DNA of 64,000 bases from an uncultured Anaerolineaceae bacterium. Lineage in GTDB: Bacteria > Chloroflexota > Anaerolineae > Anaerolineales > Anaerolineaceae. A model generated the notes under the pieces. It saw only the letters and a list, made by a program, of their open reading frames with translations. It was not told the origin of the DNA and made no database searches. Position numbers and translations under genes: made by a program. The DNA is taken from the NCBI GenBank assembly GCA_964453035.1, contig CAYVOX010000001.1, forward strand, positions 1,849-65,848, written 5' to 3'. This document shows positions 45,534 through 54,900 of this stretch, piece by piece (within the stretch, counting starts at the first letter, position 1; every line of letters starts with the position of its first letter).

Positions 45534-47327
45534 TCACTCAATCACAGGGATAAAATTAAACCGTGTTGTATCCACCAGTCCCAGGTCTGATATCCGCAAT
45601 TCCGGAATCACCACCAGCGCCAGCAGGCTCAACTGCATGTTAGGGTTATTCAACCCGCACCCGCACGCTCTGAAGCCCTCCAGCACCGAATCGGCTTTTT
45701 GCGCCACAAGTTCAGCCCGCTCACCGGACATCAAACCTCCCACCGGCAACTCCACGCTCCCAATCACCTCCCCTTCGCGCACCACCACCTGTCCGCCCCC
45801 CCATTCCACCAGCGCGTTTGCTGCTATCGCCATGTTATCTTCATCGGTGCCCACTACTACCATATGATGGCTGTCATGCGCCATGGTGGTACCCACTGCG
45901 CAAGGAACTTTGAATCCGAATCCCTGCACCAATCCCACCTGCACCCGGCCTGTGCTGTGATGCCGCTCAATCAGCGCAACCTTCGCCAGGTCAGCCTGCA
46001 TGTCAACATTCACGCATCCCTTTTCCACGGGTACATTCATGCGAATATGCCGCGTGGGCGCCTGGTTTTCAATAATCCCGATGACATTTGCCACCGCTTC
46101 TGTATGCCCTACTGGCGCCGCCAGCCTGAAATCACCGGCAACCATCGGGCGGTGCAGGTGAACCGACTGCCGAGCCCATTCAGGGTAAGTCATATGCGGC
46201 ATCTCAATCAACAATGTGCCATTTTCAGCCGCCAGCTTGCCCTTAACAATTACTTCTTCCGCTCTAAAATCATCCAACCGGCTGGTGATGACGATATCTG
46301 CCCATCGACCGGGCGCAATTGAACCCAGCTCGCGCCCCAGGCCAAAATACTCAGCTGTGTTAATCGTCACCATCTGGATAGCCATCATCGGCGGCAGCCC
46401 GTGCGTGATGGCATGCCGCAATGCGCGGTCAACATGCCCCTCTCCCACCAGCGTAGAACAGTGCGAATCATCCGTGCACAGCAAAAAATGCCGTGAGTCC
46501 ATCCCCTGCTCGGTGATCGCGCGCATCTGCTCGACCACATCATGCCACGCCGAGGCATAGCGCATCATCACCCACATCCCCTGCCGGGCTCGTATGACCG
46601 CGTCTTCAAAACGCGTGCCCTCGTGATCATCCGTCGGTCCCCCCGCCACATACCCGTGAAACGGCAAACCCAGGTCCGGGGAAGCATAATGTCCCCCGAT
46701 AATTTTCCGCGCCTGGCGCGTCACCATCATCTCTGCGTGAACCTTTTCATCTCCCAGGTACACCCCCGGGAAGTTCATCACCTCCCCCAGCGCAATGATT
46801 CCAGGCCAGGTCATCGCTTCAGATACCTCCGCCGGGCCAATCACAGCCCCGGGTGTTTCTAATCCAGGCGCGGATGGCACGCAAGAAGGCACCTGCACAA
46901 AAACGTGGATGGGCTGTAAACCAGCCTCATCCACCATCAGGCGCACGCCCCGCAGGCCAAACACATTGGCAATTTCGTGCGGATCAATAAACATGCCGGT
47001 CGTTCCGTGCGGAATCACCGCTCGTGTAAATTCCGTGACCGTCAGAAGACCGGATTCCACGTGCATATGCGCATCCAACAATCCTGGAACCAAGAAGCGG
47101 TCATTTGCCTCAATGATTTGAGTTTCCGGGCCGATGGTATGGCTGGCATCCTCACCCACATAAGCGATTTTTCCACCCCGCACCGCCACATCCATCCCCG
47201 GAATGATTTCGCCCGTCTGGACGCAAACCCAGCGCCCGTTACGAATCACCAGGTCTGCCGGGCTGCGCCCCATAGCACAATCCACCAGCAAACGCGCATC
47301 CTGTAGCCAGAACGAGTCAGCGCTCAT
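45534..47327 (-). CDS. ade: Adenine deaminase
   Basis: ATG 47327 follows GGAGAG. 597 aa. PGLLDAHMHVESG, HEIANV, DDHEG and CTDD motifs in the two-domain Ade architecture. The 56-aa upstream extension in the listed ORF is rejected. Confidence 0.85.
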   Translation of the reverse strand: MSADSFWLQDARLLVDCAMGRSPADLVIRNGRWVCVQTGEIIPGMDVAVRGGKIAYVGEDASHTIGPETQIIEANDRFLVPGLLDAHMHVESGLLTVTEFTRAVIPHGTTGMFIDPHEIANVFGLRGVRLMVDEAGLQPIHVFVQVPSCVPSAPGLETPGAVIGPAEVSEAMTWPGIIALGEVMNFPGVYLGDEKVHAEMMVTRQARKIIGGHYASPDLGLPFHGYVAGGPTDDHEGTRFEDAVIRARQGMWVMMRYASAWHDVVEQMRAITEQGMDSRHFLLCTDDSHCSTLVGEGHVDRALRHAITHGLPPMMAIQMVTINTAEYFGLGRELGSIAPGRWADIVITSRLDDFRAEEVIVKGKLAAENGTLLIEMPHMTYPEWARQSVHLHRPMVAGDFRLAAPVGHTEAVANVIGIIENQAPTRHIRMNVPVEKGCVNVDMQADLAKVALIERHHSTGRVQVGLVQGFGFKVPCAVGTTMAHDSHHMVVVGTDEDNMAIAANALVEWGGGQVVVREGEVIGSVELPVGGLMSGERAELVAQKADSVLEGFRACGCGLNNPNMQLSLLALVVIPELRISDLGLVDTTRFNFIPVIE

Positions 47328-47356
47328 CTTTTCTCTCCATTCTATTGCTAAGGGGA

Positions 47357-48745
47357 TTATCCGCTTGCTGCCAGTCTGGTTGCCGCTCGATGATGCTTCT
47401 CGATGAGGCGGGGGATATCCAGGGTGCGTAGTTCTGCCCCCATCACCACCACCCGCCCCCCAACCACATTCACATCCACATTTTGTGGCTCGCAAAAAAC
47501 TACCGCTGCCACGGGGTCGTGGAGAGCGCCGCTGTAAGCCAGCTTATCCAACTTGATGGCGATAAAGTCGGCACACTTACCTGTCTCCAGAGAACCGATA
47601 TCCCTTCTTCCCAGAACAGCCGCCCCACCTCGCGTAGCCAGTTCCAACGCCTGGCGCGCTGTCATCAACGGAGAGGCATCCCCGCTGGAAAGCGAGGCGC
47701 CTTCCAGCCCGCTCTTCAGCCGCGCCAGCAGCATCGCCTGGCGCGCTTCTGCCAGCAGATGCGAACTATCATTGCTTGCCGAACCATCCACCCCCAGTCC
47801 TACCTTCACCCCAGCCTTCAAGAACTCCCTCACCGGCGCAATCCCCGAAGCCAGGCGCATATTGGAGTTGGGGCAGTGCGCCACCCCGCAGCCCGTCCTG
47901 GCGTACAGGCTGATTTCATCCTTGTTCACGTGAACCGAGTGCGCAAACCACACATCCTCGCCAATCCAGTCCACTGCCTGCATGTATCCCACCGGACGGT
48001 AACCAAATTTTTCAATGCAAAACTGCTCTTCATCCTGCGTTTCGGCCAGGTGCGTGTGCAGGTGGACGCCATACTGCCTGGCTACCTGCGCCGACTGGCG
48101 CATTAGCTCACCTGTCACGCTAAATGGCGAGCACGGCGCCAGCACAATCTGCACCATCGCTCCCGGTTTACTGTCATGGTAGCGCTCAATGAGCCGCACG
48201 CTGTCCCTCAGGATTTCTTCCTCTCCGTCAACCACGCTGTCTGGCGGCAGCCCCCCTTTGCTCTCCCCCAGGCTCATGGAACCTCGCGAAGCATGCAGCC
48301 GCAGGCCAACCTCTCCCGCAGCCGCAATTTCATCATCCAGCTTTGAGCCATTCGGGAACAGGTAGAGATGATCCGATGCTGTGGTACAACCAGACAGCGC
48401 TAGCTCTGCCAGCGCTGTCTGTGTTGAAATATAAATATCTTCAGGCGTCATTCGCGCCCAGATGGGGTAAAGCGTCTTCAGCCAGTTGAACAGGTTAACG
48501 TTTTGCGCCGCCGGGATAGCTCGTGTCAACGTCTGGTAAAAATGGTGGTGCGTGTTCACCAGTCCCGGCAGCACCAGGTGACCGCTCAAGTCCAGCACCT
48601 GGTCAGCTTCTCGCGGCAGGTCACCGCTCACCCCCACCTGTTCAATAAAGCCATCCCTCGAAAATAATCCCCCTCCGGCAATTTCTCGCCGATCACCATC
48701 CATCGTCACCAGAATTGCTGCATTCTTAACCAGAAGTGTGGGCAT
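47357..48745 (-). CDS. Amidohydrolase of the 8-oxoguanine / guanine deaminase (TRZ/ATZ, SsnA-related) group
   Basis: 462 aa. LLVKNAAILVTMD, PGLVNTHHHFYQTLTRA, HTHLAETQDE, HSVH and GVDGSASND metal/active-site motifs. Confidence 0.75.
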   Translation of the reverse strand: MPTLLVKNAAILVTMDGDRREIAGGGLFSRDGFIEQVGVSGDLPREADQVLDLSGHLVLPGLVNTHHHFYQTLTRAIPAAQNVNLFNWLKTLYPIWARMTPEDIYISTQTALAELALSGCTTASDHLYLFPNGSKLDDEIAAAGEVGLRLHASRGSMSLGESKGGLPPDSVVDGEEEILRDSVRLIERYHDSKPGAMVQIVLAPCSPFSVTGELMRQSAQVARQYGVHLHTHLAETQDEEQFCIEKFGYRPVGYMQAVDWIGEDVWFAHSVHVNKDEISLYARTGCGVAHCPNSNMRLASGIAPVREFLKAGVKVGLGVDGSASNDSSHLLAEARQAMLLARLKSGLEGASLSSGDASPLMTARQALELATRGGAAVLGRRDIGSLETGKCADFIAIKLDKLAYSGALHDPVAAVVFCEPQNVDVNVVGGRVVVMGAELRTLDIPRLIEKHHRAATRLAASG

Positions 48746-48783
48746 ATAATTTCACGGGGTTCTCTGAGTGGAAACTTATTAAA

Positions 48784-48812
48784 AGTCTAATCCAATTCAT
48801 GCCAAAAGTCAA
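48784..48812 (-). promoter_or_regulatory. Putative promoter of the deaminase/carbamoyltransferase gene string
   Basis: Minus strand: TTGACT (48812-07), 17 nt, TAGACT (48789-84). It lies about 40 nt upstream of ATG 48745. Confidence 0.45.
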
Positions 48813-48823
48813 TTGTCAGACAA
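48813..48823. promoter_or_regulatory. 11-bp palindrome TTGTC-A-GACAA abutting the -35 box (candidate GntR operator)
   Basis: Perfect palindrome containing GT-N3-AC, the core pattern reported for GntR-family operators. It lies immediately upstream of the putative -35 box. Confidence 0.3.
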
Positions 48824-48831
48824 CGTTAACT

Positions 48832-49710
48832 TCACCGGTCAGTTAATTGTGCCGCGCGCAAGGTATTGCGCAGCAGCATCGCAATCGTCATCGGCCCCAC
48901 GCCACCCGGCACAGGTGTGATCACACATGCCACATCCTTCACCTCATCAAAAGCCACATCCCCAACCAGCCGGTAACCTCTTGGACGGCTGGCATCTTCC
49001 ACCCGGTTAATGCCAACATCAATCACCACCGCGCCGGGTTTCACCCAGTCGCCGCGCACCATCTCCGCTTTGCCAACCGCCGCCACCAGCACATCTGCGC
49101 TGCGGCAAATCCCCGCCAGGTTCTTGGAGCGCGAGTGGCAAATCGTCACCGTGGCATTAGCCCGCACCAACAACAGCGCCACCGGCATCCCCACAATATT
49201 GGAGCGTCCCAGCACCACTGCATTGGCCCCATCCAGCTTCCCCGCCGATTTTTCCAGCATGTACATCACGCCCGCCGGCGTGCAGGGAATGAATAGTGGA
49301 TCTCGCCCCTTCTGCGCCAGTCGTCCAATATTGAGGGGATGGAAGCCATCCACATCCTTCTCAATGCTCACCGCGTTCAACACTCGTTCCTCATCCATTC
49401 CTGGCGGCAGCGGTAGTTGAACAAGGATACCGTTCACTTTTGGATCCTGATTCAGGCTTCGCACCAGGTCTTCCACCTCGCCCTGGCTTGCAGTCGCCGG
49501 TAACTCATATCCGAAGGATTCGATTCCAACCTCGGCGGATGCTTTTCGTTTTGATTTGACATAAACATGCGAAGCCGGGTTATCTCCCACCAAAACCGTC
49601 GCCAACCCCGGGCGGGTTTTCCCCCCCTCCAGGCGCGCTTTCACCCCCTCCGCCACTTCTGCTCGCAATTGCTCAGCAATCGCCACACCATCAAGGATTG
49701 TCGCAGACAT
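48832..49710 (-). CDS. folD: Bifunctional methylenetetrahydrofolate dehydrogenase/cyclohydrolase
   Basis: 292 aa. YVKSKRKA, GILVQLPLP, VLGRSNIVG and TPVPGGVGPMT motifs. Confidence 0.9.
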   Translation of the reverse strand: MSATILDGVAIAEQLRAEVAEGVKARLEGGKTRPGLATVLVGDNPASHVYVKSKRKASAEVGIESFGYELPATASQGEVEDLVRSLNQDPKVNGILVQLPLPPGMDEERVLNAVSIEKDVDGFHPLNIGRLAQKGRDPLFIPCTPAGVMYMLEKSAGKLDGANAVVLGRSNIVGMPVALLLVRANATVTICHSRSKNLAGICRSADVLVAAVGKAEMVRGDWVKPGAVVIDVGINRVEDASRPRGYRLVGDVAFDEVKDVACVITPVPGGVGPMTIAMLLRNTLRAAQLTDR

Positions 49711-49795
49711 CGGTCTCTCCTTACACCATTTTTCTCCATTATACAGGAGGATTAAAAATAAGCTATAATACGCGGGTAATAAAATCTCAGGAGGA

Positions 49796-51109
49796 ATGAT
49801 GAGTAAAATTTGCGTGATTGGTACCGGCTACGTCGGTCTGGTTACCGGCACATGTTTTGCGGACCTGGGCAACGACGTCACCTGCATGGATGTTGATGAA
49901 AACCGCATCAGCCGCCTCAAGGAAGGCATCATGCCCATTTATGAACCAGGTCTCGAGCAACTGGTTCTGCAAAATGTTCGCGCTGGTCGTCTCACCTTCA
50001 CCACCGATTACGGCGTTGCGCTCAAAGATGCCGAAATTGCCTTCATCGCCGTCGGCACACCCTCTGGCGAGGAAGGTGAAGCGGATCTGCAGTTTGTTCG
50101 CTCCGCAGCTGAAGCCATCGCCGACCGCGTCAAAGACTCTATCGTCGTTGTCAACAAATCCACCGTTCCCGTCGGGACTGGCGATTGGGTTGCCGACATC
50201 ATCAAAAAGCGCGCCAACAACGAAGACCTCCAGGCCATTGTCGTCTCCAATCCGGAATTCCTGCGTGAAGGCTCAGCCATTAATGACTTCATGAATCCAG
50301 ACCGCGTGGTGCTCGGTTCCACCGACCGCAACGCCGCTGCCAAAGTAGCTCAGCTTTACATCACCCTGCGCTGCCCTATCCTCATCACCGACCTGCGCAC
50401 CGCCGAGATGATTAAATACGCTTCCAACGCCTTCCTCGCCACGCGCATCTCCTTCATCAACGAGATTGCCAACATGTGCGAAGAGCTCGGCGCTGATGTG
50501 CGCGAGGTTGCCCTCGGTATGGGCTACGATAAGCGTATCGGCATGGCCTTCCTCGATGCCGGCCTCGGCTGGGGCGGCTCATGCTTCCCCAAGGATGTTA
50601 AAGCCCTGGCTCACATGGCTGTTCTGAGGGGCACGCACCCCCAACTCCTCCAGGCCGTCATGGAAATCAACCGCAACCAGCGGCGCCGCGTCGTCTTCAA
50701 ACTTCGCCGTGCCCTCGGCCGCCTTGATGAAAAAGTGATTGGTATTCTCGGCCTCTCCTTCAAACCCAACACCGATGACATTCGCGACGCCCCTGCGCTT
50801 GAGGTTATCCATCTCCTGCAAAACGAAGGTGCCGTCATCCGCGCTTATGACCCCCAGGCGATGGAAAACGCCCGGCAGGTTTTGCAGCGCGTCACATTGT
50901 GCAAAAACCCCTATGAGGTTGCCGAAGGCGCCGATGCCGTCGTCCTCGCCACCGAGTGGAATGAATTTAAGCAGATTGATTTTGAAAGGCTTCGCAACCT
51001 CATGCGCCAGCCCATCATCATGGACGGGCGCAATGCCTGGGATCCTGAACAATTGCGCACTCTTGGTTTCACCTATTTTGGTGTTGGTCGCGGCACGCCT
51101 CCTAAATAG
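49796..51109 (+). CDS. ugd: UDP-glucose 6-dehydrogenase
   Basis: 437 aa. [14 protein letters not shown] Rossmann motif, the catalytic Cys context GGSCFPKD, and the UDP-binding C-terminal domain. Confidence 0.9.
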   Translation: MMSKICVIGTGYVGLVTGTCFADLGNDVTCMDVDENRISRLKEGIMPIYEPGLEQLVLQNVRAGRLTFTTDYGVALKDAEIAFIAVGTPSGEEGEADLQFVRSAAEAIADRVKDSIVVVNKSTVPVGTGDWVADIIKKRANNEDLQAIVVSNPEFLREGSAINDFMNPDRVVLGSTDRNAAAKVAQLYITLRCPILITDLRTAEMIKYASNAFLATRISFINEIANMCEELGADVREVALGMGYDKRIGMAFLDAGLGWGGSCFPKDVKALAHMAVLRGTHPQLLQAVMEINRNQRRRVVFKLRRALGRLDEKVIGILGLSFKPNTDDIRDAPALEVIHLLQNEGAVIRAYDPQAMENARQVLQRVTLCKNPYEVAEGADAVVLATEWNEFKQIDFERLRNLMRQPIIMDGRNAWDPEQLRTLGFTYFGVGRGTPPK

Positions 51110-51145
51110 ACGCGTGATATAATCATTTCACTATCCCTTACCCTC

Positions 51146-51493
51146 ATGGAGGAACGTATGGAGATTAAAGCTACCCAATATAAGCACTGTGACCTGGTTC
51201 AGGTCACCGGTCGTGTGGATAGCGCTACCGCTCCCGCTTTTTCCGAGGCTCTCGGAAGGATTACCGGTGACGCGCGCTATCGCATCGTTCTCGACCTTAG
51301 CCGGCTGGATTTCATCTCCAGCGCCGGCCTGCGCGTTCTGATTAACACCCAGAAAGAATGCAAGCGCTACAACCGCGGAGAATTAGTGTTGGCCTCCGTC
51401 CCCTCCAACATCCAAAACGCGCTTGATTTATCTGGTTTTGATGAGCTCTTCAAATCCTTCCCGGATGTCCTCACCGCTGTAGGTCATTTCTAA
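51146..51493 (+). CDS. STAS-domain anti-sigma-factor antagonist (SpoIIAA/RsbV-like)
   Basis: 115 aa. LDFISSAGLRVL carries the phosphorylatable-Ser motif. Confidence 0.8.
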   Translation: MEERMEIKATQYKHCDLVQVTGRVDSATAPAFSEALGRITGDARYRIVLDLSRLDFISSAGLRVLINTQKECKRYNRGELVLASVPSNIQNALDLSGFDELFKSFPDVLTAVGHF

Positions 51494-51510
51494 CCCGGTC
51501 TGGCAACCCG

Positions 51511-51930
51511 ATGAAAACCCTGACCTTGCCAGGTTTGTACGAAAACCTGGCAATTATTTGTGAATATGCTCGCCAGGCCGCCGCAGAAGCTGGCCTCAGC
51601 GAAAAGGCCGCCTACGAGGTTGAAACTGCCGTTGACGAAGCCTTCGCCAACATTATTGACCACGCCTACGGCGGCGAAGGCAAAGGCGATATCGAATGTT
51701 CCTGCCAAGTTGACGAAAAAGGCCTCACCATTCGTCTGCGCGACCATGGTCGTGAGTTCAAGCCCGAGAAGATTAAACCCCCCAACCTAAAAGTCCCGCT
51801 AAACAAGCGCAAAGACCACGGACTTGGTCTTTATCTCATGCGCCAGTTGATGGATGTCGTCACCTTCGACTTCTCCAAAACCCAGGGAAACACGCTCACG
51901 ATGGTCAAATACAGGGAGATTCATACCTGA
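51511..51930 (+). CDS. Anti-sigma regulatory Ser/Thr kinase (RsbW/SpoIIAB-like, GHKL ATPase)
   Basis: 139 aa. N-box EAFANIIDHAY and G-box HGLGLYLM. Confidence 0.8.
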   Translation: MKTLTLPGLYENLAIICEYARQAAAEAGLSEKAAYEVETAVDEAFANIIDHAYGGEGKGDIECSCQVDEKGLTIRLRDHGREFKPEKIKPPNLKVPLNKRKDHGLGLYLMRQLMDVVTFDFSKTQGNTLTMVKYREIHT

Positions 51931-54900
51931 TGGATTTCCCCGGGCTGGCTGCTGAACCTGAGTGGAAGCAGTATTTGCGACTGGGGGAGCAGCTGCTTAA
52001 CCTGCCTGACATGGCAGCGCAATGCCGCCTGATTGAACAATCCCTTACCAACTTGCTCGGTTGCCAGGCCGCCGTCTGGTTGGCTCAACCAATTTTTCCA
52101 CTCCCCGGTCAAACCCAGACCCTCCTCCTCCCCCATCCCGATGCCAGCGAGCTGGTCACCGAAGCCTTTACCCGCAGGCAGCCCCTCTTCCGCGCCCCAC
52201 AAAAGCCCATCACGCCCTCAAAAAGCTCCCGCAACCTGCGCTGGTCAGCCTTTCCCCTCATGGCGCGCGATATGTTGCTTGGCATAATCGAGGCCAGCCG
52301 TCCCACCGGTCCGGCTTTTCGCCCCGAAGAAATCGCCTTCCTGGAGGGTCTCTCGGCTCACGTTGCCCTCTCCATCGAAATCAACCGCCAGGCAGCCCTC
52401 AAGAATTGGCGCTACGAACAGCTTTCACTGGTGCGCTCCGTCAGCGCCCAAATTGCCAACGTCCTCGATCTTGATGAACTGTGCAGCCGCGTGGTCCATT
52501 TGATTCAAGAAACCTTTGATTTCTACCACGTGTCGCTTTTTTCGGTGGATGATCCTTCTGGAAGCCTGCGCTTCCGCGCCTGTGCCGGACGCCAGGGAAG
52601 CGACCACACCACCGCGATGCCTAACCTGCACATCCAGCAAGGCCTGGTCAACCAGGTTGCCGTCCACGGCATTGAGCGTATTGCGCATGATGTCAAAGCG
52701 GACCCGCTCTACACCGCCGATGATACCCTCCCCAATACCCAGTCCGAAGCGGCTCTCCCCATCAAGCTCGAAAACCGCATCCTCGGGGTGCTGGATGTCA
52801 AGTCCGACCGCCTCAACGGCTTCCATGAGGTTGATATTCTCGTTTTGCACGCCCTGGCTGATAACATCGCCCGCGCCATCGAAAGCGCCCGCCTCTACAC
52901 CGACCTGAAACGCCGCGCCGAACAAATCTCCGGCGTTTTTGAGATCACCCACACCCTCACCTCGCTCCTCGATCTCGACTCGCTCCTGGATGCGGCCGTC
53001 CAGGCCATTCACAAACACTTTGGCTTTTCCTTTGTCCACCTCTTTGCGGTTCACTCCGGCCGCCGCAAGATTTTTTACCTGGCGGGCAGCGGCACCCGTT
53101 CCGAGGCTATGCGCAACCTGGAGATTACTTACGAGCTCGATGACCCCACCGGCCTTATCCCGTGGGTGGCCCGTAATAACCGAACCCGCCTCGCCAACGA
53201 CATCTCCTCAGACCCTATCTACCGCCCCAGTGAGCTTCCCCCCGATGACACCCGCTCAGAGCTGACTATCCCCCTCACCTTCGGCGGTGATGTTCTCGGC
53301 ATCCTCGACATCCAGAGCGACCGCGTAAACGCCTTTGACGAGGATGTGCTTCCCATCCTGGAATCGCTGGCTGCCTCCCTGGCTATTGCCTATCACAACG
53401 CCCGCATCTACAAAGCCGAACAATGGCGCCGACAGGTCGGTGACAGTTTCAGAGATGTAGCCTCGTTACTTTCCTCTAACGTTGCCCTCGAAAAACTGCT
53501 CGAGACCATTCTCAACGAACTCGAACGCAATCTCCCCTGCGAATCAGCCGCCATCTGGCTCTCTGACGATTCCGAGGATGCCGAATCCGCCCTCTACCTC
53601 GCCGCCGTTCACGGCGTCGGCGCGGAACAGGTCACCCGCGCCCTGCAGGAGTCGCCCCAGGCCCACCAGTTCATGCACATGGCGCTCACCAGTGACCAGG
53701 CCACCATTCGCCTGCCCGACCACCCTTCTGGACCCCTCGGACTGGCGCTTAATTACCCCCCCGATTACTCCTCCATCGCTGCCCCCCTGCGCATTGGCAG
53801 CCAGCCCATCGGCGTGCTCACCCTTGCCCACCACACCGCCGGTCGTTACGGCAGCGAAGCCTTCTCCATGACCACCACCTTCGCCAGCTACGCCGCCGTT
53901 GCCATCCAGGTGGCCCGCCTCTACGCGCAGGCCCAGGAACAGGCCTGGGTCTCTACCATTTTGCTGCAGGTGGCGGAAGCCAGCCAGTCGGTCAACTCGG
54001 TGGATGAGCTTCTTTCCACCATGGTACGCCTCTCCCGCCTGCTCGTTGGCATCAAAAAGTCCGCCGTCTTCCTCTATGACAACGACCGCCAGTCCTTTGA
54101 GTTGCGCGCCTGGTATGGCATGGAAAACCTCCCCGCCGATCTGATTTTTCCCCCGGGGCGTGCCCCCGCCCTCGATCAGCTGCGTGCCATCCGTGAAACC
54201 ACCTTTGTCACCGACCCCGCCGCCGAATTAGATCTACCCGCGGCAGAGGTTCCCTCCGATACCGGCACCATCGTCCTCCTTCCCCTGCTCAGCCGTGATG
54301 AACTTCTGGGCGTGTTTCTCGTTGCCCACCAGTCATCAAACCATCCCGGCGCTATGCAGACCTTCGACCAACAAACCCTCTCCATCTACCAGGGCATCGC
54401 CCATCAAACCGCCGTCGCTCTCGAAAACCTCATTCTGCTTGAGGCTCGCCAGGAAGAAGCCTACGTCACCGCGGTTCTTTTGCAGGTTGCCCAGGCAGTT
54501 GTCAGCCAGAACGACCTGGTTGATATCCTCGACACCATCGTTCACCTCACCCCCATCCTGGTCGGCATAGATGCCTGTATCATCTACCTGTGGGATTCCT
54601 CCGTTCAAGCTTTCCGCACCGTGCAGGCCTTCACTGGTTCGCTGCAGACGGAGATGATGATCCTCGAACATCAATTCAGCCCCGGCGATTTCAACCTGCT
54701 GGATAACATCCTCAGGGATGATTCCGCTTACTTTGCCACCCTCCCTCAGGGTGATTTCAACCCCGCCGAGTGGAACACCCTTGAGTGCATCCCCATTGAA
54801 GAACTGGAAAAACACACCCTTCCTGCCGGAACGCACTGGGTGCTTGGTTTTCCATTATCCGTCAAAGGTGAGCTTGTCGGCGCTATGCTCACCCAGGAAC

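Noticed and set aside
47328-47495. 56-codon upstream extension of the adenine deaminase ORF. The same issue applies to 36492..36635 for the ThrC-like gene, 40032..40073 for the ABC ATPase, 41486..41509 for the BMP gene and 19208..19255 for the DUF362 gene.
   Set aside because: The extensions overlap upstream genes or lack an SD, and they encode Gly/Arg/Cys-rich junk. Internal ATGs with good SDs coincide with the start of family homology.
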